NCBI RefSeq assembly: GCF_009914755.1
Contig: NC_060931.1
Length of the DNA stretch: 64,000 nt
Origin: the human T2T-CHM13v2.0 reference genome, Homo sapiens
Direction: 5' to 3' (one strand)
Shown: one piece after another, positions 50,831-63,072 of the stretch
Numbering within the stretch: the stretch's first letter is position 1
Layout of the letters: each line of letters begins with the position of its first letter
Notes under the pieces: generated by a model
Database searches by the model: none
The model's input: only the letters and a program-made list of their open reading frames with translations
Told to the model about the DNA's origin: nothing
Program-made: the position numbers and the translations under genes

Positions 50831-51494
50831 AACACACACATGAAAGTATCGTAAAAATTACTTATTCTTATTACATACAGTGGTATACATTTCATTCTGT
50901 TCTGTTCTATTTCATTTTCTTTAAAACCCTGCCTATGGTGCACTCAAGTGATTTCAGAGTCCTTTCTGTGATCTTACCCACAACTTTAAAAACTACCCTA
51001 CAGGATTCCTCACAGGTAAGCTCAGTACCTGTGAGGCAGCCCTTTGTTTAGACATCTCTGGCTAAAAAGATTTTAGAAAGTTGAATCAACATGTGCCTCC
51101 TTGTATGTTCTGTCTGTTACTTTTTGTTTCTTGTAGTTTTCCTGGCAATAATATTAGGGACATCTGGATGGTTGTGTTACTTATCCCTTAGCTGTTCTAT
51201 GGTATCAGTGAAATTGACCATGTGAGGGTGCTTGTAAAACTTTCTTCAGTTTGTTTAATATAAAAAGCTTAAGTTTTGAAATAATTCAAACATACAAAAT
51301 GGTAGATAGAATAATGTAATGGACACCCTTGTACATACCACCCAGAATGAACAAAATTTAGTGTGGTTTGTTTCTTTTGCAAGAAACTAACGTTATAGAT
51401 TCAGATGATGCTCTCTTGCCCTTCTGTTTTCCCCTTCCTTCTCAGAGGAGATCATTGTCTTGCAACTGGTGTGCATCCTTTCCGTCTTTGTTTT

Positions 51495-51800
<306 letters not shown>

Positions 51801-52294
51801 TCTGTTTTCATACTTTCATACATACATATATATCCATAACAATATATTACTGTTTTGTGTGTATTTAAATGTCTATCTTTTATAGCATATATATCCTTTT
51901 ACCCCTCCTCAAAATTAAATTTTTTGATCTCTTATGATGATATAGGTAAAAGAATTAAATTCATTTCTTTTTATTGCTGCCTGCCTTCCCATTTTATAAA
52001 CATCATTTATTCATTTTCCCATTAGTAGTATTTATAGCGTATTTATTCTGTTTCGCTGTTATAAGCAGTATATACCATTTGACATACACATTTGACATTG
52101 GCATGAGTTTCTATGGAGTATATATTTGGAAGTGAAATTGTTGATTCCTAGGGCTTGTACACTGTCAATTTCCCTGTATATTGCCAAATCAAATAGTGAT
52201 ACAGCAATTTACACTCCACTAGCACTGTATGCGAATTTATGTATAGTCTCCTTTTCATCATTATCTGGAACCATAAGACTTTAAAGTTTTTTTA

Positions 52295-52603
<309 letters not shown>

Positions 52604-53064
52604 GACTTTAAAGTTTTTAACAATATTGTGGGTATGAGATGGTATCTAGTTATTTTACTTTCCATTTTCCTGATGACTGATGAGGTAGAGCACCTTTGGT
52701 GATCTGTATTTCCTCTTTTGACTGGCCTATTATGCGTTCCCCATTTTTCAATTGAAATTTTTGTCTTTTTCTTGTCGATTTTTGGCATTTAAAAATATTC
52801 TGGATTATTCTCTATTATCTGTATAGCAAATATTTATTTATCTTTTAGTTTATGGCTTATTTTTCATTCTCATGGTATCTTTGGTTTAGCAGATTTAATT
52901 TTTTTATGTTATCCTATTTAGATCCTTAATGATTCTTGGTCTGTCTGTGTATTACTTTATCACTGTGGAATTTACTATAGTTTTAGAATATCTTAATTTT
53001 TCACAAAATAAATCTCAAATGTAGTTTTTTTTTTAAAAAAAGCATTATAGAAAAGTGATTAAAT

Positions 53065-53292
53065 GTTAAAGGACCTAGAATTAGACTCCATGGATTTAAA
53101 GCTCACCTCTGCCACTAGCTCACTGTGTGAACTTGGCAAACACTTAACTTCTTTAATCTTGGGTTTTTACACCAATACAATGTGAATAAGAATAGTACCC
53201 AGTTCATATGTTGTGAGGATTAAAAAAGATAATATACATAAAGCTGTAGCTGGGCGTTTGGCATATAGTAAGAGCTCAATAAATGTTAGCTC
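53065..53292 (+). mobile_element. MIR
   Basis: CTCTGCCACTAGCT..TTGGCAAACACTTAAC..GTTGTGAGGATTAAA..CTCAATAAATGTTAGCT. Confidence 0.8.
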
Positions 53293-54295
53293 CTTTTTTT
53301 TTAAGCTCCTATAATTATCATTTCTTGGTATAAAACTGATACTCGGTGTCATATATGCAAATCGCTGGATTTCTCTGTTTTCATAAGAGCTGTGATTTGT
53401 ATCAAAGTCTCCAGGATGGTGGAACAATTTGCTCTCTGGTGCTAGTTTTGGATCTAGCTTTGGTCTCACTGCAGGTGTTTCCAAAAACATAGCTACCAGA
53501 TTAGAGGACAAGATGCTCCGTTTTAATAGTCTGTTTTAATTTCCTTTTTAAAAAACATGTTTTGCCTGAAATACTTCAATATGCAAATCAAAAGGAACAG
53601 ACAGGTGATCTAGAAGAAAGGGCTTCTAAAATTTTATAGATGGTAGCATTTATTATAAAAAAAGTTGAGTCTTCTGTGAAAATTAAGATGACTTTGCATT
53701 TGAAATATATGTATGGCAACAATACTGATTTTTAATATAGTTTTTAAAACAATAGCTTTATTGACATATTCATATACCATAAAATTCACTCTTTTAGAAT
53801 ATACAATTCAGTGGTTTTTAATATAGTTTTAAATAAAAGTTTGTCATTCTGAATTCATTGTTTTTTCCTTTCTGTTTGGACTCTTCTCTTTTAATTATTG
53901 TGCTGTTTTTGGTACCATTGTAGAGTAGTTGTGATCTTAAAATTTTCAGCTTCTTATTAATCTGGGCCCAGCATTAGATGTAGCCTTCAGATCAATGGAA
54001 AGAACTGAAGAACTTCCATGTTCTTGCAGTGGATTCCCATATTTAATAAATATTTTAATACTTATCAATCAACCATGTGTTTCTGAATTTCTAACAGTTT
54101 TAAACAGTCTTTCCAAAATCTGTTATTCTGAAGTTAATTGTTTGTGTTATTTCTCTTTTTCAAGAAATAATTAGGTTAGAAGAAGTCCATATGCTTTCAT
54201 TTTAAGCATCATATGTTCACTGATGAAAGTATTCAGTGTTCAGGAAGAAGAGAGCTCCAAGTGCAGATAGTATTGTTGCTGCTGGTGGTAGTGGG

Positions 54296-54337
54296 GTGTG
54301 TGTGTGTGTGTGTGTGTGTGTCTGTGTGTGTGTGTGT
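54296..54337. repeat. (GT)n microsatellite
   Basis: Direct reading; one interruption. Confidence 0.95.
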
Positions 54338-54799
54338 AGAGTATTCTGCATCTCATCTCCATAAGGCCATTGGGTCACTCTTCGTCCTTATATTTCACTT
54401 GACAAGAAGAGAAACAGTTATACTTTTCTCTGAACCTTCTGGCCCTTGTGCAGTTGGGTATTTCAGTTATGTTAGAGCTATTAATCATGCCTTTTTATAG
54501 CTCCTCTTCTCTGCAGTATGTTTTCACTAGAACTAGAGATTCTTGATTTCTCTTTTTATCATTCTATCTTTGAATAATGAGGGAACTGAGGGGATTGGCA
54601 AATATTTAATAGACTTTGGTTCTTGTTCCTTTTCTTACAAAGTTTAAACTTGCCAGCTCTGCAATTAAAATTTTTCCATTGGTTCTATTTCAGGTTAAGG
54701 CTCAGTAGCTGTTTTGAGTAACTAACACTAATGCAGTTTGTGTGTGTGTTGCAATTTCCTGTGATTTGATTTGTGAACTGACATCCTTTTAACTCACTC

Positions 54800-55190
54800 C
54801 AAAAACATTTATTGAGGTCCTACTATGTGGCACTGTTCTGTGCCTTTGGGATACATCAGTGAATAATAAAAAAAATTCTTTCTTCTGGGCTTATGTTCTA
54901 GCACATAGACAAAAATATAGTAAATGATGCAGTAATACATTATATGGTACGTTCAAAGGTGATAAGTACTATGGAAAATAAAAAATATAGCATGGTAATG
55001 GAGACTGGTAGTGCAGGGGAGTGTAGGGGGCATACGTTGTAATTTCTAGTAGGGTAGTCCGTTAGGCCTCAGAGAAATGACATTAGGAAAAGACTTGAAG
55101 GATGTGAGGAGTGAGTCATACAGGTATCTTAGGAAGAGCATTATATATAGAGAGAATAACCAGTATAATGACCCCAAGGCCAGAGTATAT
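54800..55190 (-). mobile_element. L2 fragment
   Basis: AACATTTATTGAGGTCCTACTATGTG..GGGATACATCAGTGAA..AAAGACTTGAAGGA. Confidence 0.7.
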
Positions 55191-56545
55191 CGGTCAAATA
55201 TGAATAACAAGATGACTGCTCCAAAGAAGATTGGTGATGGAAGATCTTATTGGAAACTGTTCTGGGAGGAAATATTTGGAATCATCTACATTTCTTGTGG
55301 TATTTTTGGTTTCATCCTGTGGTCTCACAGTATTGGATTATCCCACCAAGGAAGAACATACAGATTTTCAGTATGGTGTCTAAATGTAATCTCTTCCCCT
55401 CCTCTTCCTATAATCCCACAATGTAATGCATTTGGATTCTTCTTTGCAAGACAGTATTACTTCCATGCACTTAAATGTAGTTGTATTTTATGTTTAGTAC
55501 AAGCATGGTTATGAATTACTCCTTTTGCAGGATGTTTTATCTGGTGCGGTTGGCAGATATTTTTAGAATTAGCCTGCCGTAAAGCTTACTAAGTAGCAGA
55601 TACTTCTACTGTGCCTAAGAGATGAGCAGCACACTTCCAAGCTGTCTTTGAACATGTTAATATCTAGTTTCACAAATGGGAGAAATAGGGCTAAATTGCA
55701 TTAAGACAGAGTTTTGTTAGTGATTTAAAAGGAAAAGTAAGATGATTCAGCATTGGAACAGACTATAAATGGGGGTTGAGGAACTGTCTCAAGAACTTAT
55801 AAAACAGGTTCAACAATCATTTTTCAAAATGGTTTTGTGTAGGTTTGTTTCCTTACAAGTGAGGGAATGAATCATATAACTCATCGAGGTTCCCTGAAGC
55901 TCAAAGTTCCATTCTTCTCTGTCTGCCTTATAGATAATGCTCATGCAAGTCATGTAGCCAAATGACCACCAAACTCACTAACAAATGTCAGATGAATATA
56001 ATTAACACAGGAACACAGGTCAAAAGTATTTCAGGAGAATTAGTGTAATGCATATACTGTTGAGAGTTACACTCTATAAAACAATGATAGTGCTTGTAAT
56101 TACTAGAGAACTCACAAGGAAACAGTAAAGTAGTTAAACTATGTGAAAGCAACCTTTATTATGTGAGTCCTGACAACTACTTTTCACTTTTGGCTAATTA
56201 CAGTTTGCAAAATAACTTTTGTTCATGTTATTGTCAGATTAACAGTTGTCAGGTTTATTTTAAATTTGTAAGTGAGCACATTCTTTGTGCTAAGCAAGGT
56301 GCCAAACATTGGGACTACAGAGGCACTTGGTATAGCGTTGAGAGTGGAAGATGGTATAGCTATAAGCCATGCACCTCAATGAGAGAGGGATAGAGGAATT
56401 GTCATCTGGAAGTGACAAGGGAAGCAAGAACAATTCTGATTCCTGAATACAACACGAAATTCTGTTCACACTGCTTACACTTTTTTTTAATCATGTGGCA
56501 GAATAATATGCCTAACGTTTATGGAGCTAGAACATTCTGTGGACT

Positions 56546-56670
56546 TTTTTTTTTTTGAAGATGGAATCTTGCTGTGTTGCTTAGTCTGGGTCAAACTCCT
56601 GGGCTCAAGTGTTCCTCCCACCTTAGCCTCCCCAGTAGCTACAACAACAAGCACCAGCCACTGCAGCAGC
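56546..56670 (-). mobile_element. FLAM/old Alu monomer
   Basis: Poly-T then CAAACTCCTGGGCTCAAGTG..CCTCCCACCTTAGCCTCCC. Confidence 0.8.
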
Positions 56671-58557
56671 TCGTTCTGTGCATCTTACATGTATTCAGTC
56701 TTCACAGCAATCCTCAGAGGTTGATACTGTTTTTCGCAGTTAATAAATAGTGAAACTGAGGCACAGAGAGCTTAAATAATGCCCAGGATCATTCAGTTTA
56801 GGAAGGGGTGGAGCTAGGATTTGAACATAGGAAATTTGTCTCGAAGATCTGGAGTTTTAACCACTATCCTATGCAACTTTTCATAAGCAACTGCTCACAG
56901 TTTTAAAACAGAGGGAAAACTCTTGGACAAAGCAATTGAGCATAGCATTATATTATTGTCTTGTAAGATAATAACATGTCTTTCCAGATAATAAAAATCT
57001 GTTGGTAGGGCCATATCTTCCTCAGAGTCCCTTTTGGTTCTCCTGGAGGTACCTGTGTACACAGTAGGGGTTCAGGACTTGGTGGTGGTGGTGGAGACGG
57101 TGAGGCATGCAGGGAAGGCCAGGGAAGGACAAAAAGGACAGCCTGAAAGCAGTTTGCTAAGGATGGCCCTTCAGGGAAAGTTTCAGTCATGAGTCTTTGC
57201 CAGGAGGCAGCTTCCCAGAAACCCAGTGGGGGAAGTTCGGAGCGACAACCCGCCCAGTTTTCAGAAGTGAATAAGTTCTCCTAGGGTATCATTTGATAAA
57301 TTAAATAAAAAGTGACCTCCGTGTTACTTTGAAAGTATTCATTTGCCTCAGAGCAACAAGAAGTTTAAAAAAAACTATTATAAAATATAGAAAGAATGAC
57401 TGTGCCTGGCGTTTTTCCTTTGTAAAAAAGAATCAAGATATCTTGTAGGAAACCTTTCTTTAACCCAGCATGTCAAATGTACAGAATCCTCATTAAACTG
57501 CACTGATTTGTCTCCAGTAGAGGCAAGAATTACAGAGTCCGATTTATTCAGCATTGTATCCAAACACATCAACAGCACAGAACATGAAGAAAACAGTATC
57601 TGAGCCCCTGTATGCTCAGTTTTGTTAAGGCTGAGCAGCTAATCAGAGGGAAGGAATGAATGGCTCTCCTCTAGCTACTGGCTCCAGAGCTCCACCATCC
57701 TGTGATGGCTCCTTGTAATTTTATTCATCTTTTATGTTTCTGATACTGTTGGGGTCAAGTTCAATGAGCCTTTGATATGAAATTGTTTCTATTAAGAGCT
57801 GAGTTCATGCCAGTGAAGAAAGAGTTTTGAGAGTAAGGGTTTTATTTCTTTTAAATATTCAGATGTGAGGCTGTAAAACTAATTAGATATCACCAAGGTT
57901 ATATTAATATATATTTTTTCTTGTAATAAGATATATTTCAGAGCTAAGGGTAGTCTTCATGTGATTCTGACTTTACATCACTAGACACTGTTACTATGTC
58001 TTAAGTCTGTAAGACCCTTCAGTGGTGATCTATATCCTATCTCCCTCATTTAGAGTGCAGTTGTTTCTCCTATTTCCAGCTCTTCTGAGCTGGGCTCAGC
58101 ACTAGAAAGTTTGCTTGCTTTAAGTGGTAATTATCTTCCAGGTTACAGTTGGCTACAAGCTTTTCCTGCCATAATGTATACACGTGCACACACAAGCACT
58201 GTTGGATGTATAATGGATAATGTGACTTGATTTGTGCAGTTTTTCTATGTCTCCTAATAATGGTATCTCTTAGGATTTCCTGCTTTCAAAGATGATTTGG
58301 AGTCAGTGTATTTTAAAAAGGCATTTCACTTTTCTAGGGAAAGTTTAATGCTAAGGATTAGGTGACAAGATTGATCTTTTTTTATCACAGGGGCTAATAG
58401 TGACTAGCTCCAATAAATAATAGAAGTATAAATAAAATTAATTTCTAGAGTCTCTTTTATTACCTTTGTCTAACAGAATAATTTGATTATTTTTCAACCC
58501 CTTAGGTTTTTTATTAGAACGTGTTTGAAAAATTGTACTCATTTAATTTTTTTTTAG

Positions 58558-58608
58558 ATTCAGATGTTTTTGAAGTCAGAATCCCAGAAGACCATATACC
58601 AGATACAG
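58558..58608 (+). CDS. ADAM22: Candidate ADAM22 alternative cassette exon (51 nt, IQMFLKSESQKTIYQIQ) between exons 2 and 3
   Basis: CTCAT branch-like site, T-tract and TAG acceptor; 17 open codons in phase 0; CAG|GTAATG donor. I also recall this peptide from rodent or predicted ADAM22 isoforms (unverified). Confidence 0.75.
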
Positions 58609-60644
58609 GTAATGCAGTACCTATAACAAAAATTTTCATTTTGGATGTTAGTATTTTCTCTCAAACATGAATTGTGGATGGATTCTTTCAACCTTCCTGG
58701 AACTCAAGGGCAAGGAGTTACTCTTCAAAGCAGCTTGGAGACACCAGCTGGTAGTATGTGGAAGCCTCTGAGTTTAAGAATTTGGGGGCAGATTTAGGTC
58801 ATACTGAATCACTGTTAAAGATTCTTGCTATTTTCTAACCTATGTGTGCATTGCAAGACTACATGGTTTTAAGACATGGTTTTCTCAGAGAGGGCTGGTA
58901 GTCTGTTTTCTCTCTTTCTTTCTCTTACAGACACACACCACAATCCCATCTTCTTTCTTTACTGTGGTAGTTAAGATAGCTATAGGTAGTGTGTTCTTCC
59001 TACCAGTCTTCATTCTAGCCCACTGGCAAACAAAAAAAAATGAAATATTTTTGCGGTGGTTCTTGTCGCTAGAATTCTCTTGTTTGGTGTCCCAATAAAG
59101 GAAGCCTTTGGTTAAAAGAAAGAAAGGAAGAAAGTCTCTGGTGTTTGACAGTCAAGTCATAGGTGAAAACCTGTCGTTTGCATATCCTTAACATTAGGGA
59201 CTTAACTGCTTTTATTTTTCTCTTCTTTTTTAGCAGGTACTTTGCTCTTAGAGTATTTCTTGACTATATCCTTGGAAAACTTTTAGACGAGTGAGATATG
59301 TTAGTAAAGAAGGCATATGGTCCTATGTTTAAAGTTTGAAACATAGTTCCATAGTTTATTATATGTAAATGTGTGAGCAGAACATCCTTTAGAATTATAT
59401 AGTTTCATTCCTTAGTCCTAGGAGAAAAGGCCTTTATACACCATGTGAAATTGTTTCCCAAAGGAAATGCTATGGAATTTATTTGTGCTAGCTATTTATT
59501 ATGGGATTTTGTACAACATTATTTCCTATTTTTCTTTCTTCAGACACTTGGAGCTAGCCCTTTAGTAAAAGTGAGCCTTTACTCTCAGATACATCTAATG
59601 TCTATATAAGCAAATAAAATCAGGGAAAGAAAAATCCATTGATATTACAGAACTGGGTGAAGTAAACCTTGATGTGAAGAACTCACCATTCTTAGTTTTA
59701 TTATTTGGACATGGCTTACTCCTGAAGTTGCCTCCAGGAGAGATTGTGACCCAGCTGGCAGAGACAATTCTTATTTCTAATTCTGTTTTTAAAATTACCT
59801 GATTTAGAGCTAAACTGACTAGTTATTCATGTGAGAGTGTAGTGGCTTGACAGCCATTTACTCATTTTTCCTCTTCTCTGCTTTTTACCTTTTGATAGTT
59901 ACATTAGTCTCTGCAATGAGCTTTTATATACTCTCTTCACCATAAACAAAAATGTTGTGTTTTTCTCACAGCATTCTGTAATTGTGACTATTTTCAGCTT
60001 GCATATGGGGAAAAACAAGATGAAGATGAAAGTTTTCCTAACTCTACTCTAATGAAATATCAAGCCAATAGTGGGGCTGGGAAGAGCTCTTGTCTCATTT
60101 CTCCCCGGCCTTTTCTGTACCAGAAAAGAGTATCCATTTCCCAGGGCTGATTTGTCGGAGGGATTTTTGTCTGCTGATTTTGTTGCATCTAAATGTTAGG
60201 GTTCCTTGCACTCAGATTTAATTATAGCTCGATACAACTATACTATATTGTGTTGTTCTCAGACTACTAAATATCTTAAAGGTCTGCTTTGACTTTCAGG
60301 ATTATGTGAGTAAGCATTTTCTTGTTCAGGCCTTAAATTGAAGGCCTAGTAATGGGCAGTTAATGGCCAAGATGATGGAGAGACTGATTTATCAGAAGAT
60401 AGCTGAAGCATAAATAGGTAATGAGGCTGCCTGACTTCCTGAATGGAGATGAGAAAATAGGAGCTGGTGCCAGTGTCAGCATAGTCTGTCTTTTTGTCTT
60501 TGCCTCTGGTTTGTTGGAGCAGGGACCACCTTGGCAGCCAGGGAATCACAAGAGTTCCGGGCTTTTAGTGCCTTCAGAACTGGAAATGTAGCAAGGTAAA
60601 TTCGGGGAATGCCTCTCAAGAGTTCATCTTATCCAAGGAAAGCC

Positions 60645-60646
<2 letters not shown>

Positions 60647-60682
<36 letters not shown>
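60647..60682. repeat. Poly-T tract (about 36 nt)
   Basis: Direct reading. Confidence 0.95.
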
Positions 60683-60683
<1 letters not shown>

Positions 60684-60797
60684 TGGCATGTGTAGCCTTC
60701 ATCTAGGAATTCCTGGGTAGTGAGATCTACATGATGTAATCTCTGTCCTAGGAAAATGCATCCCAAAACAAGGGCAAGAAATTGTTTACATCAGTTG

Positions 60798-61167
60798 TGA
60801 TATGGTTTGGCTGTGTCCCCGCCCACATCTCATCTTGAATTGTAGTTCCCGTAATCCCAACATGTCATGGGAGGGACCTGGTGGGAGGTAATTGAATGAT
60901 GGGGATGGTTACCTCCATGCTATTCTCATGATAGTGAGTGAGTTCTCACGAGATCTGATGGTTTTATAAGGGGCTTTTCCCTCACTTCACTCTGTACTTC
61001 TTGCTGCTGGCATGTGAAGAAGGATGTGTTTGCTTCCCCTTCTGCCATGACTGTAAGTTTCCTGAGGCCTCCCCACCCCTGTGAACTGAGTCAATTAAAC
61101 CTCTTTCCTTTATAAATTACCCAGTCTCAGGTATTTCTTCATACCAGCATGAGAACAGACTAATACA
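60798..61167 (+). mobile_element. THE1 (C/D-like) solo LTR
   Basis: TGATATGGTTTGGCTGTGTCCCC...GAACAGACTAATACA; TSD AGTTG/AGTTA. Confidence 0.92.
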
Positions 61168-61458
61168 AGTTATAAATTTTTTCATGTAAAATAAAATCAA
61201 CAGCAAGAATGGAAATTTGACTTGGAAAGCAAGTATAAGTAGATAAGAATTCCATGAGAATTGGCCATACTTTAGACTCACATGAAGTAGCTCTTTAAAA
61301 AATATGGGCTTGGAGGCCAAAGTAGAAAGATTGCTTGAGCTCAGGACTTTGAGACCAGCCTGGGCAATGTAGTAAGGTCCTGTCTCAAAAAGAATAAAAA
61401 TACCATGGGAATTCCAATATTTTGCTCCTTTTCATGCCTCATTTAAAAAAACAGTATA

Positions 61459-61806
<348 letters not shown>

Positions 61807-62323
61807 TTACAGAGATATTGGCCCTCAATTTAGCTGGAAAGACTATCTGACTGAATTTCTTTTTCTTCCTTTTGTCTTTCTCTTACTCATTCCCTCCTTT
61901 TAGAAAAAACTTTTAAAACTTTTATTATTTTGGTTGAACTCAACACCAAAATGTAGGTAGTAAATTGTCATAAGAACATACATTTTACTTTTAAGAAATA
62001 ATGCAGGAATTTAGTAAGTAAATATTCAGTTTTGAAAGTTAAACATATTTTGTCATAAATAGTGAAGGCAAGGGGAGAGAGCTATTTTTATTGGACATCT
62101 ATTATCACAAAGGTCTTTAATCCATTTTTATGGCTTTCAAGATAAGGAGGGCATTTCTTAGGTTGGTTTAGAATATTGCTTTTCAACTGTTGGCTATACC
62201 TTAGAATGACATTGATGGCTCTTTAAAAAATGTTGATGCCTGGGATCCACTGCAGACCAAGTGTATCAGAATCGCTGAATTTGAGGCATAGGCACTAGTA
62301 TTTTTTAAAAAGTTTCCCAAGGT

Positions 62324-62669
62324 AGTCTGGGTGTGGTGGCTCATGCTTGTAATCCCAACGAATCAGGAGACTGAGGTAGGAGAATTGCTTGAGCCCAGGA
62401 GTTTGAGGCTGCAGTGACCTATGATCGCATCTCTGAATAGCCACTGCACTCCAGCCTGGGCAACACAGTGAGATTCTGTCTCTACAAAAAATTTAAAAAA
62501 TAGAAATAGCTGAGTATGGTGGCACATGCTTATAGTCCCAGCTACTCAGAGGGGCTGAGGTGGCAGGATCACTTGAGCCCAGGAATTTGAGGTTACAGTG
62601 AGCTGTGACTGTGCAACTGCACTCCAGACTGAGAAAAAGAGCATGACCCTATCTCTAAGGGGGAAAAAG
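62324..62669 (+). mobile_element. Atypical Alu dimer: FAM-like monomer plus right arm
   Basis: First monomer carries TGAATAGCCACTGCACTCCAGCCTGGGCAACA; TSD AAAAG(T/C)TTCCCAAG at 62308-62321 and 62670-62683. Confidence 0.8.
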
Positions 62670-62683
62670 AAAAGCTTCCCAAG

Positions 62684-63072
62684 TGTATTAGTCTGTTCTT
62701 ACACTGCTATAACGAAATACCTGAAACTGGGTAATTTTTAAGAAAAGAGGGTTAGTTGGCTTATGGTTCTGCAGGCTGTACAGGCTTTTGCTTCTGGGGA
62801 GACCTCAGGAAACTTAAAATCATGGCAGAAGGTGAAGGGGAAGCTGGCATGTCTTACATGGTCAGAGCAGAAGGAAGAGAGAGAGAGAAGGGGGAGATGC
62901 TACACACTTTTAAACAACCAGAGCTCCTGAGAACTCACTCACTATCACAAGAACTGCAAGGAGGAAAGTCCACCTCCATGATGTAGTCACTGTGCACCAG
63001 GCCTCTCCTCCAACACTGGGGATTACAATTCTACATGTGATTTGGGTGGGGATGCAAATCCTAACCATATCA
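62684..63072 (-). mobile_element. MSTA MaLR solo LTR
   Basis: TGTATTAGTCTGTTCT...AACCATATCA; TSD CCAAG/CCAAA. Confidence 0.9.

Noticed and set aside
55077-55514. 145-aa ORF in intron 2
   Set aside because: Starts inside an L2 remnant; no homology recognised and no exon structure.
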